This document shows, piece after piece, positions 38,881-51,394 of a stretch of 64,000 nucleotides of DNA. Within the stretch, counting starts at the first letter, position 1. Each line of letters begins with the position of its first letter. The stretch is taken from positions 20,287,433-20,351,432 of the forward strand of contig NC_057719.1 in NCBI RefSeq assembly GCF_004010195.1, given 5' to 3'. Under the pieces are notes generated by a model. It searched no databases. It had not been told where the DNA came from and worked only from the letters and a program-made list of their open reading frames with translations. A program made the translations under genes and the position numbers. The DNA comes from Chiloscyllium plagiosum (taxonomy: Eukaryota).

Positions 38881-39539
38881 GCCCATTTGGCCAACTTGTC
38901 AATGTCTCTTTGAAATCAGTCAGGATCATCCTCATAATTCACCCTTCTCCCTAGCTTATGATCATTTGCAAATTTAGAGATTTTGTTCTTTACATCCATT
39001 TCCTAATCATTTATCTAAATTAGGAAAAAACAAGGATCTCAACACTGATCTTGGGAACACCACTTGCAACTTGTTTCCAGTGTGAGAAATGCCCATCTAT
39101 ACAGACCTTTTGTTCTGTATCTTTTAGCTAACTTCTAATCCATGCTAACAAGGACACATCTATCAGTTTTCCCACTATTAATATCATGCTGACAGATCTA
39201 TAGTTTTTTGAGTTATCCTTTGTCCCTTTCTTTAACAACAGTGTCACATTTGCTATCTTCCAGTGCCCCAGGACTAATCCAGCGTTCAGAGAGGGTTGGA
39301 AAATTTCTGTCAATGGCTCCACAAGTTTCTCAGCTAACTCTCTCTCTGATTTCTAAAATACAACCCATCTAGGCCTGGCAACTTCTCTAACTGCCAGTCT
39401 TCTGACGCCTTTTCTTCATTTGTCACTATACTGCTCAATTGCTCAACACCCACATTTTCAACTAAGTCATTGTCACCATCATCTAATTTGATTAAGACAG
39501 AAGCAAAGTATTCATTTCACATAAGATAGAAAAAAAAAG

Positions 39540-40290
39540 AACAAGCTGTAAATGCTGGAAATCAGAAACAGAAACAGAAATTGCTGGAAAATCTCAGCAG
39601 GTCTGACTGCATCTGTGGAGAGAAAGCAGAGTTAACATTTTGGGTTCAGTGACCCTTCTTCAGAAATGATGGTAACTAGGAAATAGTTTTTTTTTAATGC
39701 AGAACATAGGCTAGGGATTGGAGGTAAGGAGTAAACAATAGGTGGGAATAGAGCCCAAAGAGAGAAGAACAGTTGGACAGACAAAGGCGTAGATAATAGT
39801 CAGCCTAGAAGAATAACTGGCTGCTAATGGGGACTGCCAATGACTAACAATGGGTAGTGTGTAATAGCAGACCATGTGATAAGAAGGCCTGGTGTGTGGG
39901 GATTGGGGTGAGAACATGGGCAAAGGAGCTGCAAGCCCTAAAGTTGTTGAACTCAATATTGAGTCCAGAAGGCTGTATAGTTCCCAAGTGGGAAATGAGG
40001 TGTTCTTCCAGCTTGCATTGAGCTTCACTGGAGCTCTGCAGCAAGCCTAAGACAGAGGTGTTGGCCAGGGAACAGGGTGCTGAGTTGAAGTGGCAGGCAA
40101 CTGGAAGCTCAGGTTTTTTTTGTGGACAGAAGGGGTGCTCTGTTAAAGAGTTAACCAGTCTATGCTTTGTCTCGAGGAGGCCACATTGTGAACAGCGAAT
40201 GCAGTAGTCTAAATTGTGTGAAGTCCAGATAAAATGCTGCTTCACCTGGAAAGTGCGTTTAGCCCTTGGGTACTGAGAGGGGAGATTCAC
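39540..40290 (-). mobile_element. Penelope-like element 3' part (family D) with GIY-YIG relic
   Basis: ORF 39844..40290 FQVKQHF..TS.NLDYCIRCSQCGLL...PVACHFNS...KLEEHLISHLGTIQPSGLNIEF; terminal CTGAAGAAGGGTCACTGAACCCAAAATGTT. Confidence 0.88.
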
Positions 40291-41529
40291 TTTGTACTTC
40301 TACCATGCACTCTGCTTAAGTGAGCAGCTTACCCTATTCCCTCCTAATCAGCTCCACTGTTTCTTTTACTAATCTTTCACAGTCAGATTTTTGAAGAACA
40401 TTTTGCTATTGATTTAGTGCAGCTTACCATCCTTTTCTCACGTTTCCTCTTAGCCTCCCTGACTGCAGTCTTAGCCTCTCTCCCGCATTTTGGGTACTCT
40501 TCCTGATTTCTATTGCTATTATAATACATCACACTCCTCCCCTTTTTCCTTCTCTTCTCATCAATATTCTTAGTCATCCAGGCTACGGATACCATGGATA
40601 CCATGTACTTATTTCTTTATGGGTATGTACTTAGCGTGCACCTTCTTCATCTCTCTTTTATAAATTTCCCATTTTTCATCCACCGTTTTATTCACCAATA
40701 TGGATTTCTAAGCAACCTGCTCCAATTCAACTTTTAGACTCATAAAATCTGTCCTTTTCCAGCCAGATCTTAATTTTTGTCTGATTTTTGTCCTTTTCCA
40801 AGTTAATGTTGAACCTAATTATATTATAATCAGTGTTTCCCTAGTGCTGCCCTGCTCTGACATTCTCCTGCCTCATTTCCGAGGACGAGATCCAGCTCCA
40901 CTTAGGAATGGGAATGTATTATTCCAGAAAGTTCTTCTGCCCACTTTGCAGGATTTCCTCCCACTCCATGTCCCACACTCTTTCTGTTTCCCAGTATTCA
41001 CTCGGGTAATTTAAATCACCAAATATTACAGCCCTGTTCATCCTGCAGATTTCCATACTCTGCTGATGAATGCTGTCTTCTACTTCAACCCTACTATTTA
41101 GAAGTCTAATCCATGATCTGGTACCAAAGGATGACCCTTCTGTTTCTTCCCTTAAAACATGTATATTCAAATTCAGGTAGTGATCTCAGTTCAGGATTAT
41201 GATACTATCTTCAACGTAGACATCTCCTCTTCCTACTCACCCTGTTTCTACTAAAGAAACATATAACCTTGGGATGTTAAGTATTTGGTTCTCTTCTTGC
41301 TTGAGCCACATCTCTGGCAATGCTACTTTGTCATATCCCGCCAGATTCTAATTCCCCAATTTTGTTCATAATACTCTATGCATTTGCATGCAGATAATTT
41401 GACCCTGCCATTATCTGTTCTTTGCCCACTGGTTGGGGAAGGGACCATTTCTTTGTTCACTGTCAACTCAAATTTTCCCTCCCTTCCTTTTCCCAATTCC
41501 CAATCTTCTCTCTTTTCCCCTGTCCAATT

Positions 41530-41860
41530 GGTCTAGGTGGGTTATTCTTCGAAGGGTCACTGTGGACCTGTTGGGCCAAATGGCCTGTTTCTACACTGTG
41601 TGTGAGGAGTTTGCACATTCTCCCCGCGTCTGCGTGTGTTTCCTCTGGGTGCTCCGGTTTCCTCCCGCAGTCCAAAGATGAGCAGGTCAGGTGAACTGGC
41701 CACGCTAAATTGCCCATAGTGTTAGGTGCATTAGTCAGAAGGAAATGGGTCTGGGTGGGTTACTTTTCAGAGGGTCGGTGTGGACTTGTTGGGCTGAAGG
41801 GCCTGTACCCACACTGTAGGGAATCTAATCTACACTGTAGGGATTCTTTGATTCTATGAT
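41530..41860 (+). mobile_element. HE1 SINE (5'-truncated) inserted in the tail of another HE1 fragment
   Basis: Inner copy 41600-41829 flanked by CTACACTGT duplication (41591-41599, 41830-41838). Confidence 0.85.
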
Positions 41861-42634
41861 ACTTCCAAAAGTATGCCCATTCACTAAACCATCCCTCTAC
41901 CTAACATGTTTTAATCCATCCCAACCACACTGTTTACTCTCTCAGACAGAAGATAAGTTTCATTTCCGTTCAGATGAACAGCCTTTTCTGAACAGCCTTC
42001 ACCTTTCCTATAAGTGATCCCAATGTCTCAAAAATCTTAAATCCCTCCCTTTTACTCTATCCATCAAGCCACACATTCACCTCCCCAATGTGCTTTTGCC
42101 TAAATGGTGAGGCTCATGGCACAGGTAGTATTTCTGAGATTCCTAACCTGCAAATCCTGCATTTCAATCTACTCCATACTCCTGAAACTGATTTTGCAAG
42201 ACCTCCAGGCTGTTTTTCCCTATGTCACTGTTTCCCGTATTAACCACAACCACTGGTTGTACACTCTCCCTTTCCAGAATTTAACTGAACCATTCTGCTA
42301 TGTCCCAAACCTTGTACTCAGGAGGTCATCCTTTGGTACCAGATCATGGACAATTCATTCCTCTGTTATGGTGAGTGAACTGACTTCTCCCAGAATCCTC
42401 AGTCACTTCTACCCTCTGTTATATATTCTTCGTTTGATTTTTCACACACATCTCACTGATTAGTTCATTCGGGCACACATCTACTTCTTTTATTTCATGG
42501 TTGGTTCAAGTTTTAGTGGGATTACATTAAATGCAAGTGACTTCTGGCTATCTCATGTTTTATCAAGACTGCAATAGTCTATTCCTTACATCCCACAGTA
42601 ACACATAGTTTCTCCTTGGTTACTGGATACCTTG

Positions 42635-42762
42635 ATGAAAGTGAGAACTGCAGACACTGGAGATTATAGTCGAGAGTGTGTTGCTGCAAAAGCACAGCTG
42701 GTCAGGCAGCATCCGAGGAGCAGGAGAATCAATGTATCAGGCATAAGACCTTCACCAGGAAA
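42635..42762 (-). mobile_element. Short Penelope-like unit (family A), decayed hammerhead plus tail
   Basis: Duplication ACTGGATA(C/T)CTTG (42622-42634, 42763-42775). Confidence 0.8.
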
Positions 42763-42934
42763 ACTGGATATCTTGTCCAATAGCTAATTTCTGTTAATGG
42801 TCCAATTTCACAGATTGTAATTGACGTGCTTTAGCCACATTAAAGTTATTATTTTATTTTTAGGAATGTTTAACCATATTTCCCCACATTCGAGATGAGA
42901 TCAGAAGCCATAGTACACCATGTTGTAGTCATTT

Positions 42935-43441
42935 CACCTGATGAAGGAGCAGCGTTCTGGAAACTTGTGATTTCAAATAAACCTGTTGTACTATAACTTG
43001 GTGGCATGTGATTTCTAACTTTGTGCACCCCAGTCCAACACAGCACCTCCATATCAAGTCAGGATGAACATAGCACTCACCTTTTATTTTAAGAGCAAAT
43101 TTTAAATTCAATTGCATTTACAAATAAATTTTACGAGGCCTTGTTTTTGGTGTCAATGGGACTCATCAACATTTGGTAAACCCAAGCTAAGTACAGGGGA
43201 GCTCTTGTGGCATGTGTTGCATCATACCCTCTGGAGCAAGAGGCCCAGTTGCAAGTCCCATCTATTCCAGAGCCGAGCGATAGCAGCTCTGAAAAAAAAG
43301 CAAGCAAACTATTGCAAATTCTCGAGATCTGAAATAAAAACAGAGAGAGTACTGGAGAAGCTCAGCAGACTTGGCATTGTGTGTACAGAGTGAAATTGGG
43401 TTAGCATCTTGAGTCCAATGGCTCTACTTTTAAATTTGGAA
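42935..43441 (+). repeat. ~500-bp direct repeat, copy 1
   Basis: Nearly identical to 50610-51110 (about 15 substitutions and 2 small indels by eye). Confidence 0.95.
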
Positions 43442-44627
43442 TTAAACGACAAGTGACTAAACAGGAAAACTGGTGATTGAACCAATGGCAGATTGAGGTC
43501 TTTTCATGATTCTTAATTAACCATTTACAGGCCTTGGTTTGTGTAATGAGAGAAAAGTCCACCATGGACTTTCTTATTGACAATTTAATTGCTGAGGTGG
43601 AAAGTAGTAGGCGGTGCTGGATGATCCACCCTATTTGCCAACTTCCCAGACATTTATAGGGAAGAGTAAATCCCACTCACTTGCCCCAAGTTTAAAACTT
43701 GTACAGAATTATAATTGGGTCCCATGGCTTTAACACATTCCTGATCCTAATCAAATGCCACATACATAAGCTTTTCCTCAAGTTGGTTCTGTCTCCAATC
43801 ATCCTAAATTGATGATCTTTGGTTCTCAATCATTCTGCCAATGCAAGTAGTTTCACTCTATTTAATTTGTGTACTACCCTTGTGGTCTTTAAAATCTCTA
43901 CCAAATTTCTTCACCTTCTATTCTCTAAGTAAAACGACCACAGTTTTTCCAATTGACTAAAATTCTCTTCCCTGGAAGTATTCTGATAAATAATTTCCAC
44001 ACTCTACTCCAAAACCATCACATCCAGCCCTGCACACTGAACTGGATGCAATGCTCCAGTTGAGGATGGAACAGTATTTTCTAAAGCTTCAACAAATGTC
44101 AGTTTTACACACTGGGAGCAGCATTTTTAGAAGCAATGGGTTCTTGTCTGCTGGCTGAAGAGCTGGCAAGGGACCCATGTTGCTATTAATTGAGAACTCC
44201 CTGTATGTCAAGTGCATATTAAGTAATTAAGAGATCACTAGCTGGCTTACCCTGGAATCAAGGACTCCATGGGTGAAAAATCCCTTAAGAGCTACAGGTC
44301 AATCTAGCCTTTCTCTGTTGAAGCAATACCACATTACTGGGGGTAGATGACCGCAATTCAGCCAACAGACCCTCAAGATCCACAAAGATCTTGAGACCAA
44401 AGATGAGTGATGATGGGATTGGATCAATAAAAGTGATATAATTCAAAGTCATGATAAAATGTGACATAGGGGGAAATTGCAGTGATTCCTTCATCTTCTC
44501 AGCACTGGAGAATGCAAGTTATCATGGTGTGTTAGTTGAGGAGGAAGTGAATGTTTATGATGACGGATGGGGTATCAATAAATGGGTTACTCTGACCTAT
44601 CCCTCAAATAAAATCCCTAAATGACCT

Positions 44628-44942
44628 GGGTGACACAGTGGCTCATTTGTTAGTACTGCGGCTTCCCAGCGCTAGGGACTAGGATTTGATTCCAGCCTCG
44701 GGTGACTGTCTGTGTGGAGTTTGGACATTCTCCCGTCTGTGTGGGTTTCCTCCCACAGTCCAAGGATGTGCAGATTCGGTGGGTTGACCATGCTAAATTG
44801 TCCAGGGATGTGCAAGATGGGTGGATTAGTCAAGGGAAATGCATGATTACAGGGATGGGTCTGGGTGGGCTGCTGTTTGGAGAGTTGGTGTGGACTTAGT
44901 GAATCAGATGGTCTGCTTCTGCACTTTAGGGGGTTCTATGAT
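44628..44942 (+). mobile_element. HE1-type V-SINE
   Basis: tRNA head, V-domain, tail. Confidence 0.85.
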
Positions 44943-46445
44943 CTGTTCATTATTACTGGACCTTACTAACTGCATTTCCTACATTACAACATTGCTTAGT
45001 GTCGACACTTCAAACATCCTCTGTTGTCTGTAAAGTGCTGTGGAATATTCAAAGGTTATGAATGGTGCTATCTAAATGCAATTCCTTTTCACAGTTTTTA
45101 GTAACTGAATCTGTAGTGTGATTACTTTAACTTTTAATGTTTGAAAACCAATTCTAAGATTTAAATGGATTCTGCTTTAATTAACCTACAGAATTCCTGT
45201 TTATCTCTTGGGGCCTAAATCTCAGCAAATCCCATTACAAAATAAATGACTATTGACCAAACAAAAATTAGACTATAAATTACAAATTGATGAAAGTAAA
45301 AATTGGGGCAAAGGCACCCAATGTGTTTCCCGAAGCTCTGTTAGTACAACAATGATTTTTTAAAATTACTTCTGTTGAAATGTCGACACTTGACAGAAAA
45401 TGATGCATTAAATTGAATGTATTGTTGAAGGCACGAAACATATGCATAATTGCTAAACTTTTGATCACTTTAACCTGGCTTCAGGCTGGAGAGTGTGGTC
45501 TGGGAATTGACCAGTCTTTTGCAAATTAATAAAAGCTTGAGACAGATATGTACTAGCATCAGAAAAATATAAACCGAGGTCTATCAAATATCAATTTATT
45601 GCAAATCGATTTCCACTAATGTCATCAAATTGATCCTGTTTGCCTTCGATTTCAAAGAAATGTTTCATTGTTTACTACTGTAATACAGACAGTCTCTGTT
45701 CAGAAGTTCATTAGCAAGTTGAGTTATGAGCAAGTCAGAACACAATGCAGGACAATGGAAAGCAATTGTTCATAAAGCCAGGAAACAGTTGTATGTCATG
45801 TCTTTAAAGTCACAACTATGCGTAAGGTCATGTTCGTAAGTACAAGTACTGATAAGTTAGATATCCATAATTTCGAGATCTGCTGTATATAAAATGCTGG
45901 ACTGTTTTTTTTGAGTTTATATGAATAATGCGCTTCTGTAACATCATAGAACACAGAAGGAAGCCATTTGGTCCAGTATTTCTGTGCTGGCTGCATGGAA
46001 AAAAATATTTGAATTGTCCATCCCTCAGCCTTTTTATCCTCTTAGTCTGACAATTATTCCTTTTTTACCTTTTTATCTGGAAAAATAAACATTCCACCAA
46101 GATGTAATTGACACTGAATTGTTTTAACTGAACTTGATCAAATATGGCAACTTTGTACATAATGTACATAATCTGATGAGTTACATTTCCACCCATAAGC
46201 ACAGCCTCCAGTGACTCTTTAATCAGAAGAATTTTTTTAAAATTCAAGATGGCGCTGACACTGGACAATTCTTTGCAAAACTCCCTACAGCAGACCTTAT
46301 TCTAATATTACTTATAACCATTCTGCACTTTTAAATCTAAATTCCAGGTCAGTGAAAATTAGCTTGCTAATGCTGATTTTACTTTGCATGCATCCTGCTC
46401 AATGTAACCTGTCTTGCTCTGTCTAAGCATCCAAAGATCTGTATG

Positions 46446-46548
46446 AAGGGCTAATGAAGGGCTTATGCCTGACCTGATGTGTTTTTTTCAGCACCACATT
46501 TTTTGACTCTGATCTCCAGCATCTGCAGTCCTCACTTTCTCTCACTCT
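46446..46548 (+). mobile_element. Short Penelope-like unit (family A), internally deleted
   Basis: CTAATGAAGGGCTTATGCC...TGATCTCCAGCATCTGCAGTCCTCACTTTCTC; flanked by GATCTGTATG duplication. Confidence 0.75.
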
Positions 46549-47809
46549 ATGATCTGTATGTCCTTGTTTGCTATGATCTGCCTGTACTGCTCATAAGCAA
46601 AGCTTTTCACTGTACTTAGGTACATTTGACTACAATAAATCAAATCAAATCCTGAGCAGCAATCTGGCAGAGACCATTGCTCACATATTAAAGAGATGCT
46701 TTGTCTACTTTTAATTGCCATTGTTTATATTCAAATAGTCTCGTCACACTATTTGGGAACATTATAATGTGACTGTGTTAGGATACAATGTAATTCAGCA
46801 GTGATTACATTTTTGATTTCACATTGTGTTCAATTGTATGAATGTTTCCCATAAATGGATTACATCAGAAATAATCACTGTGTCAAGCCCCATTGTTATT
46901 TTATGCAAAGCCGGTTAAGAAAACTAAGTGTCAAGCGTGGTCTGCTGATTTGCAAATAACCCATCTTGATATTAATGTTGCACAAGAGCCTTTAGCCCCT
47001 GGTCATTTAACACTGACTGTCAGGATAAGTTTTAATTTTAAAATGATTAGATGTTAAGATTATTCTATTACAATCAGCCACAGAAATAAATCCCTGCAAG
47101 TTGTCAAATCGCTTTTGCAAACTGACACTTAGGCAATGAGAAACACCGAGCAGTTTCTAAAAAAAACACTGAAAACGACAAAGACAAGTTTTAAAATGTA
47201 AGACATTCTTCCAGTTAAATTTGTATTACTTGGCACTATAGAAAACAAAAGGTTCCATTAACAGGACATGCCATCCCCATGATGAGAATGCACACTTTGC
47301 CAACTTTGGAGGCTATGCCAATGTAAACCAGCGTGCTGTTGTGATGGCAAGACAAACTTCAACTAACCATTGTAAACTTCAATACAAGTTCAGCTAAAAG
47401 CATCTAACAGTTTTTATATATGACTGTTAAGTACTCTTGTGGGACAGTGGTATTGTCCTTCCCTCTGAACCAGGAACCCTAGGTTCAAATCTCACCTGCT
47501 CCAGAGATGTGTAAATATCTGCTTTTGCTAGCCAACAGATCTGTTGGGGTAAATAAAGGTTGTGATACATTTATGATCTCCCTTGCCTTGTGACAATGTC
47601 TAATATCTGGGTCTACAATGCCTTTCACCAGTTAGTAATGGCAACTCAGAGGTGGGCAGCTTATGGACACAATAAAAAGAAAAGTGAATCATGTGCCATC
47701 TGTCAGGGGACAGCCTGGCAATAATATGACAAAAATTATTAGGAAATCCAGATTAGTCCATTTTAGTTTTGTAACTCATTGCATGTAAGTTTCTCAACAG
47801 TATTCTAGT

Positions 47810-48303
47810 TGTGATGCAGCTGGTCAAACCACGCAGCTTTAACCAAAACACGGTTTATTTAAACACTACAGTTAAAACACAAACAAAATAAAGTGGAATT
47901 TAAGATAACTTAATTATTGGAAAACTTAACCAACCCAAGACAGCAACTTAACTAATTAACTGTTCCAGTCCAGTAATGTCCCATAAACACACCCCTTGGT
48001 AAAACGATAAATTCAAACACAGATTTTTATGGGCAGGACAGAAGAACATCCACAGAGATTTCAGACAAAGTCAGTTAGAAATCATTTAGTGAAGCTTTCA
48101 ACTTTTCTGGTACTCAAATCATCTTGTGACTGCCACAGCTAAAATACAAAGGACCTTAACTGGGAGAACTGGCCACTCCCTTCCATTGTTAAACTGTTCT
48201 GAAAAAACCTAGCTCCCTAGACTCTTTAGCATCTCTGTCTTTACAACCTGTCTTCAAAACACCGAACTGAAAATAACCTTTTTTAAGTGACAGCATTGTC
48301 ACA
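47810..48303 (-). mobile_element. Probable solo LTR
   Basis: TGTGA...TCACA termini, minus-strand AATAAA near 47855, imperfect 4-bp flanks TAGT/AAGT. Confidence 0.6.
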
Positions 48304-49120
48304 AAGTGGTAGAATTGGGTACAATTACAAAGACATTTGAATAGGTACATGGATAGGAAAGGTTTAGAGGGATATGGGCTAAATGTCTATTGGACCATTT
48401 CAGTTTAGGAAACCTGGTCAACATGGATAAATTGGGCCAAAGGGCCTACTTTTGAACTTTATGCCTCTATGATCAATTGTCCCAGAGACTCTCCAGAGGA
48501 AGGTCACTGGCTACTTCTTAACTACTTCAGCCTGTGCAGCTGAAATGACTGGGCTTGCCACATGGCATGGGCAGCCATGAGAGGTAGAATGAGACTCAGA
48601 ACAGTCTTGATTGCCCAAGTAAGGAGGTCTACCCGATGCCTCCCCAATCTGATAAAATTTCAAACCCGTAGGGACAGGAAGATAGCCAGTGGGAAAGTCA
48701 CCCACTGGATTTTTCATTTTCCCCTCCTCTCCTCCTCCCTGGCTACAAACTCACCAATAAGTGATCATAAATTGTTGCCTCGCAAACATTACACTTGAAT
48801 CCAGATGGAACATTATTCCAAGAACTGAACCTTTGACCAGAGACAGTTGTTGAGTAAAGCAGAATATCCTCTCTATGCTGTATCTTTTTACCCTCCTACC
48901 AACACTAATGTTGCCTGAACTAGTGCAACCTCTGCTTTCAGGCACAACTGACTGCCACACTCCCCTGTCCCACTTCCCCAAGACGTATGAAATTCACCAG
49001 TCTATCTGGACAACAAGCACTTCACAGTTCATGGGACTAGGGATGTCACAGCAGCCGTGAGAATGAATTGCGCAGTGAGGTGGAACCATCTTCACGTCAC
49101 CGAGATACTAAGGTGAAGTA

Positions 49121-49335
49121 CAGCAGCCCCCAGATTGTGAATAGTTTCTATTCTGAGTCTGTTCGCAAGTCAATTTGTACGCTAATTGGAACACAATGCA
49201 AGACAATGTAAAGTAACGGTTTGTAAGTACAAGGAATGTTGGTGCTTCGAGTCTATAAATTATAACTTTGTGTGGGAACATGTTCATAAGTATGAATGTT
49301 CATAAGTCAAACTTTCATGAATTGGGGATCGCCTG
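49121..49335. mobile_element. Tigger/pogo-type MITE
   Basis: TA|CAGCAGCCCCCAGATT ... AATTGGGGATCGCCTG|TA; related relic at ~45685-45880. Confidence 0.6.
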
Positions 49336-50334
49336 TATTCATTTTATGCAGTTCTATGATCTCCTGGTAGAAAAGAGGGCCGAATCTGGCAAGCAAGGAT
49401 CTTTAGCATGTTTGAGTTTTGACTCAACAGCAACTTCAGAGGCTCAGTCATGTGAGCAGAAAGCATATAGATTTTATTGGCAAAGACATACTCTGTGGTG
49501 AACTTACCACTGACTTGAGACTGACAGGTTTCCCTTAATCTGCAATACAAGAATATCTGGAAGAGAGATGTCAAGTTGACTGGGGTTGAAGGTGTTACAT
49601 CCGAAGTCTTTGCTGCTGTCCACTGGCCCTGGATACAAGCTGTCAGGAAAAAGGGATGGAAAAAGAAAAGAGCAAACTCCTGAATCAAAGTAGCTAAGAA
49701 GCGCCATAATGAAATCAATTTGCCTACGACATCCTCTGAATCAAAGAACTGCAAACTGAAAACACAGTGAGGCAGTAAACGTGTGAAAAATGCATTTATT
49801 CAATTTGTTTACACTTTATGACCAAACTTTATAAAAGGCATTGAAAACATCCAAAACCCTAGAAAACTCAGTAATTTTATTCAGCTTAGTGTACTGTCTT
49901 TATACCAGAGTGTTACCTTGTACCATGTCATCAATGCAGACAAATATGGTTTTGGTGTTTTTGTGCTCCAGTGTGCAATCTAAGGACATCCTGATAGCCT
50001 TCCGTTCCAAGATGTCAGCCTCGTGCTTCAGAATGGTTGACTCTTTCATGGTGTCCGCCTTTAGCTTCATGCCACGGATTTCCATTTACTGACTTTCTCT
50101 CCAATCAATTGCAATCCTAACTTTCTCACAGATTCAGTTGCACTTTTGGATTCATATATTCTTTAACTAGGAGATCTCAATGACTCAGTGATGGCTCATC
50201 TAGCATTCCATACTTTGTGCTCTTATGTATCCTTACTCAGCTGTGTTGGTCAGTATGGCCACATGACAATCTTGCATATGTTCTGTTAATCTGGATTTAA
50301 CAGTGTCGAATTTTGAATTATCATGTTATCTCCA

Positions 50335-50609
50335 TCTTCTCAGCCCACTACTGTACTTATTGTATACCCATGACTGCATCACCAAATACCAGACTAATGC
50401 TGGTTACAACTCTGCTGATGACACCACCATAGTCAGTTTAATCTCAGATGGTGATGAAACAGACTACAGATGGAAGGTGAAAGACCTGGAAAAATGGTGC
50501 ACTGAGAACAACCTAGCTCTCAATGCCAGCAAATCCAAGGAACTCATTATTGACTTTTGCTGGGATGATACTCATGGTCCCCCCCCCCCCCCCCTCCTAC
50601 AATTAACAG
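50335..50609 (+). mobile_element. Rex1/Babar-type LINE RT fragment
   Basis: LSPLLYLLYTHDC...SADDTTIVSLISDGDETDYR...WCTENNLALNASKSKELIIDF. Confidence 0.88.
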
Positions 50610-51110
50610 CACCTGATGAAGGAGCAGCGTTCTGAAAACTTCAAATAAACCTGTTGTACTCTAACTCGGTGGCATGTGACTTCTAACTTTGTCCACCCCA
50701 GTCCAACACAGCACCTCCATATCAAGTCAGGATGAACACAGCACTCACCTTTTATTTTAAGAGCAAATTTTAATTTCAATTGCATTTACAAATAAATTTT
50801 ACGAGGCCTTGTTTTTGGTGTCAATGGGACTCATCAACATTTGGTAAACCCAAGCTAAGTACAGGGGAGCTCTTGTGGCCTGTGTTGCATCATACCCTCT
50901 GGAGCAAGAGGCCCAGTTGCAAGTCCTACCTATTCCAGAGCTGTGCGATAGCAGCTCTGAAAAAAAAAGCAAGGAGACTATTGCAAATTCTCGAGATCTG
51001 AAATAAAAACAGAGAGAGTACTGGAGAAGCTCAGCAGACTTGGCATTGTGTGTACAGAGTGAAATTGGGTTAGCATCTTGAGTCCAATGGCTCTACTTTG
51101 AAATTTGGAA
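50610..51110 (+). repeat. ~500-bp direct repeat, copy 2
   Basis: See 42935-43441; continues into PLE family D body to ~51330. Confidence 0.95.
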
Positions 51111-51394
51111 CAACAATGAGGGAAACAAAGGGATTGCTGATAGAATCTCAGGAGGGAAAAAAGCAGGTAATGGGGACCATAAGTATGTGCAAATAGGTTG
51201 ATTCTGCTGAAAGCTGCCCATGTCATGACAGGGCCTGGAATGTGGGGATGAGTAAAGAACATGGAATGAAAATCAAATTCAATATTGAGTCTTGAAGGCA
51301 GCCGAATCCCCAAGTGGAAAATGAGTTGCTAAAATGGATGGTGGGTCTGATAAAAACATTTTCATGGACAAAGCTCAGGTTTAAACCAAAGGCA

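Larger units (their letters stand above)
37940..42325 (-). mobile_element. Long degraded CR1 LINE with nested PLE and SINE insertions
   Basis: Pieces VERVVKKACRILGFIN, WKIANVTLLLKKG...NYRSVS, AVIFGDLNYP in correct CR1 order. Confidence 0.8.

Noticed and set aside
49900..50085. 61-aa minus-strand ORF in unique sequence
   Set aside because: No recognisable domain and no convincing splice or start context
42935..51110. LTR retrotransposon with 500-bp LTRs
   Set aside because: No TG...CA ends, PBS, PPT or gag/pol in the interior
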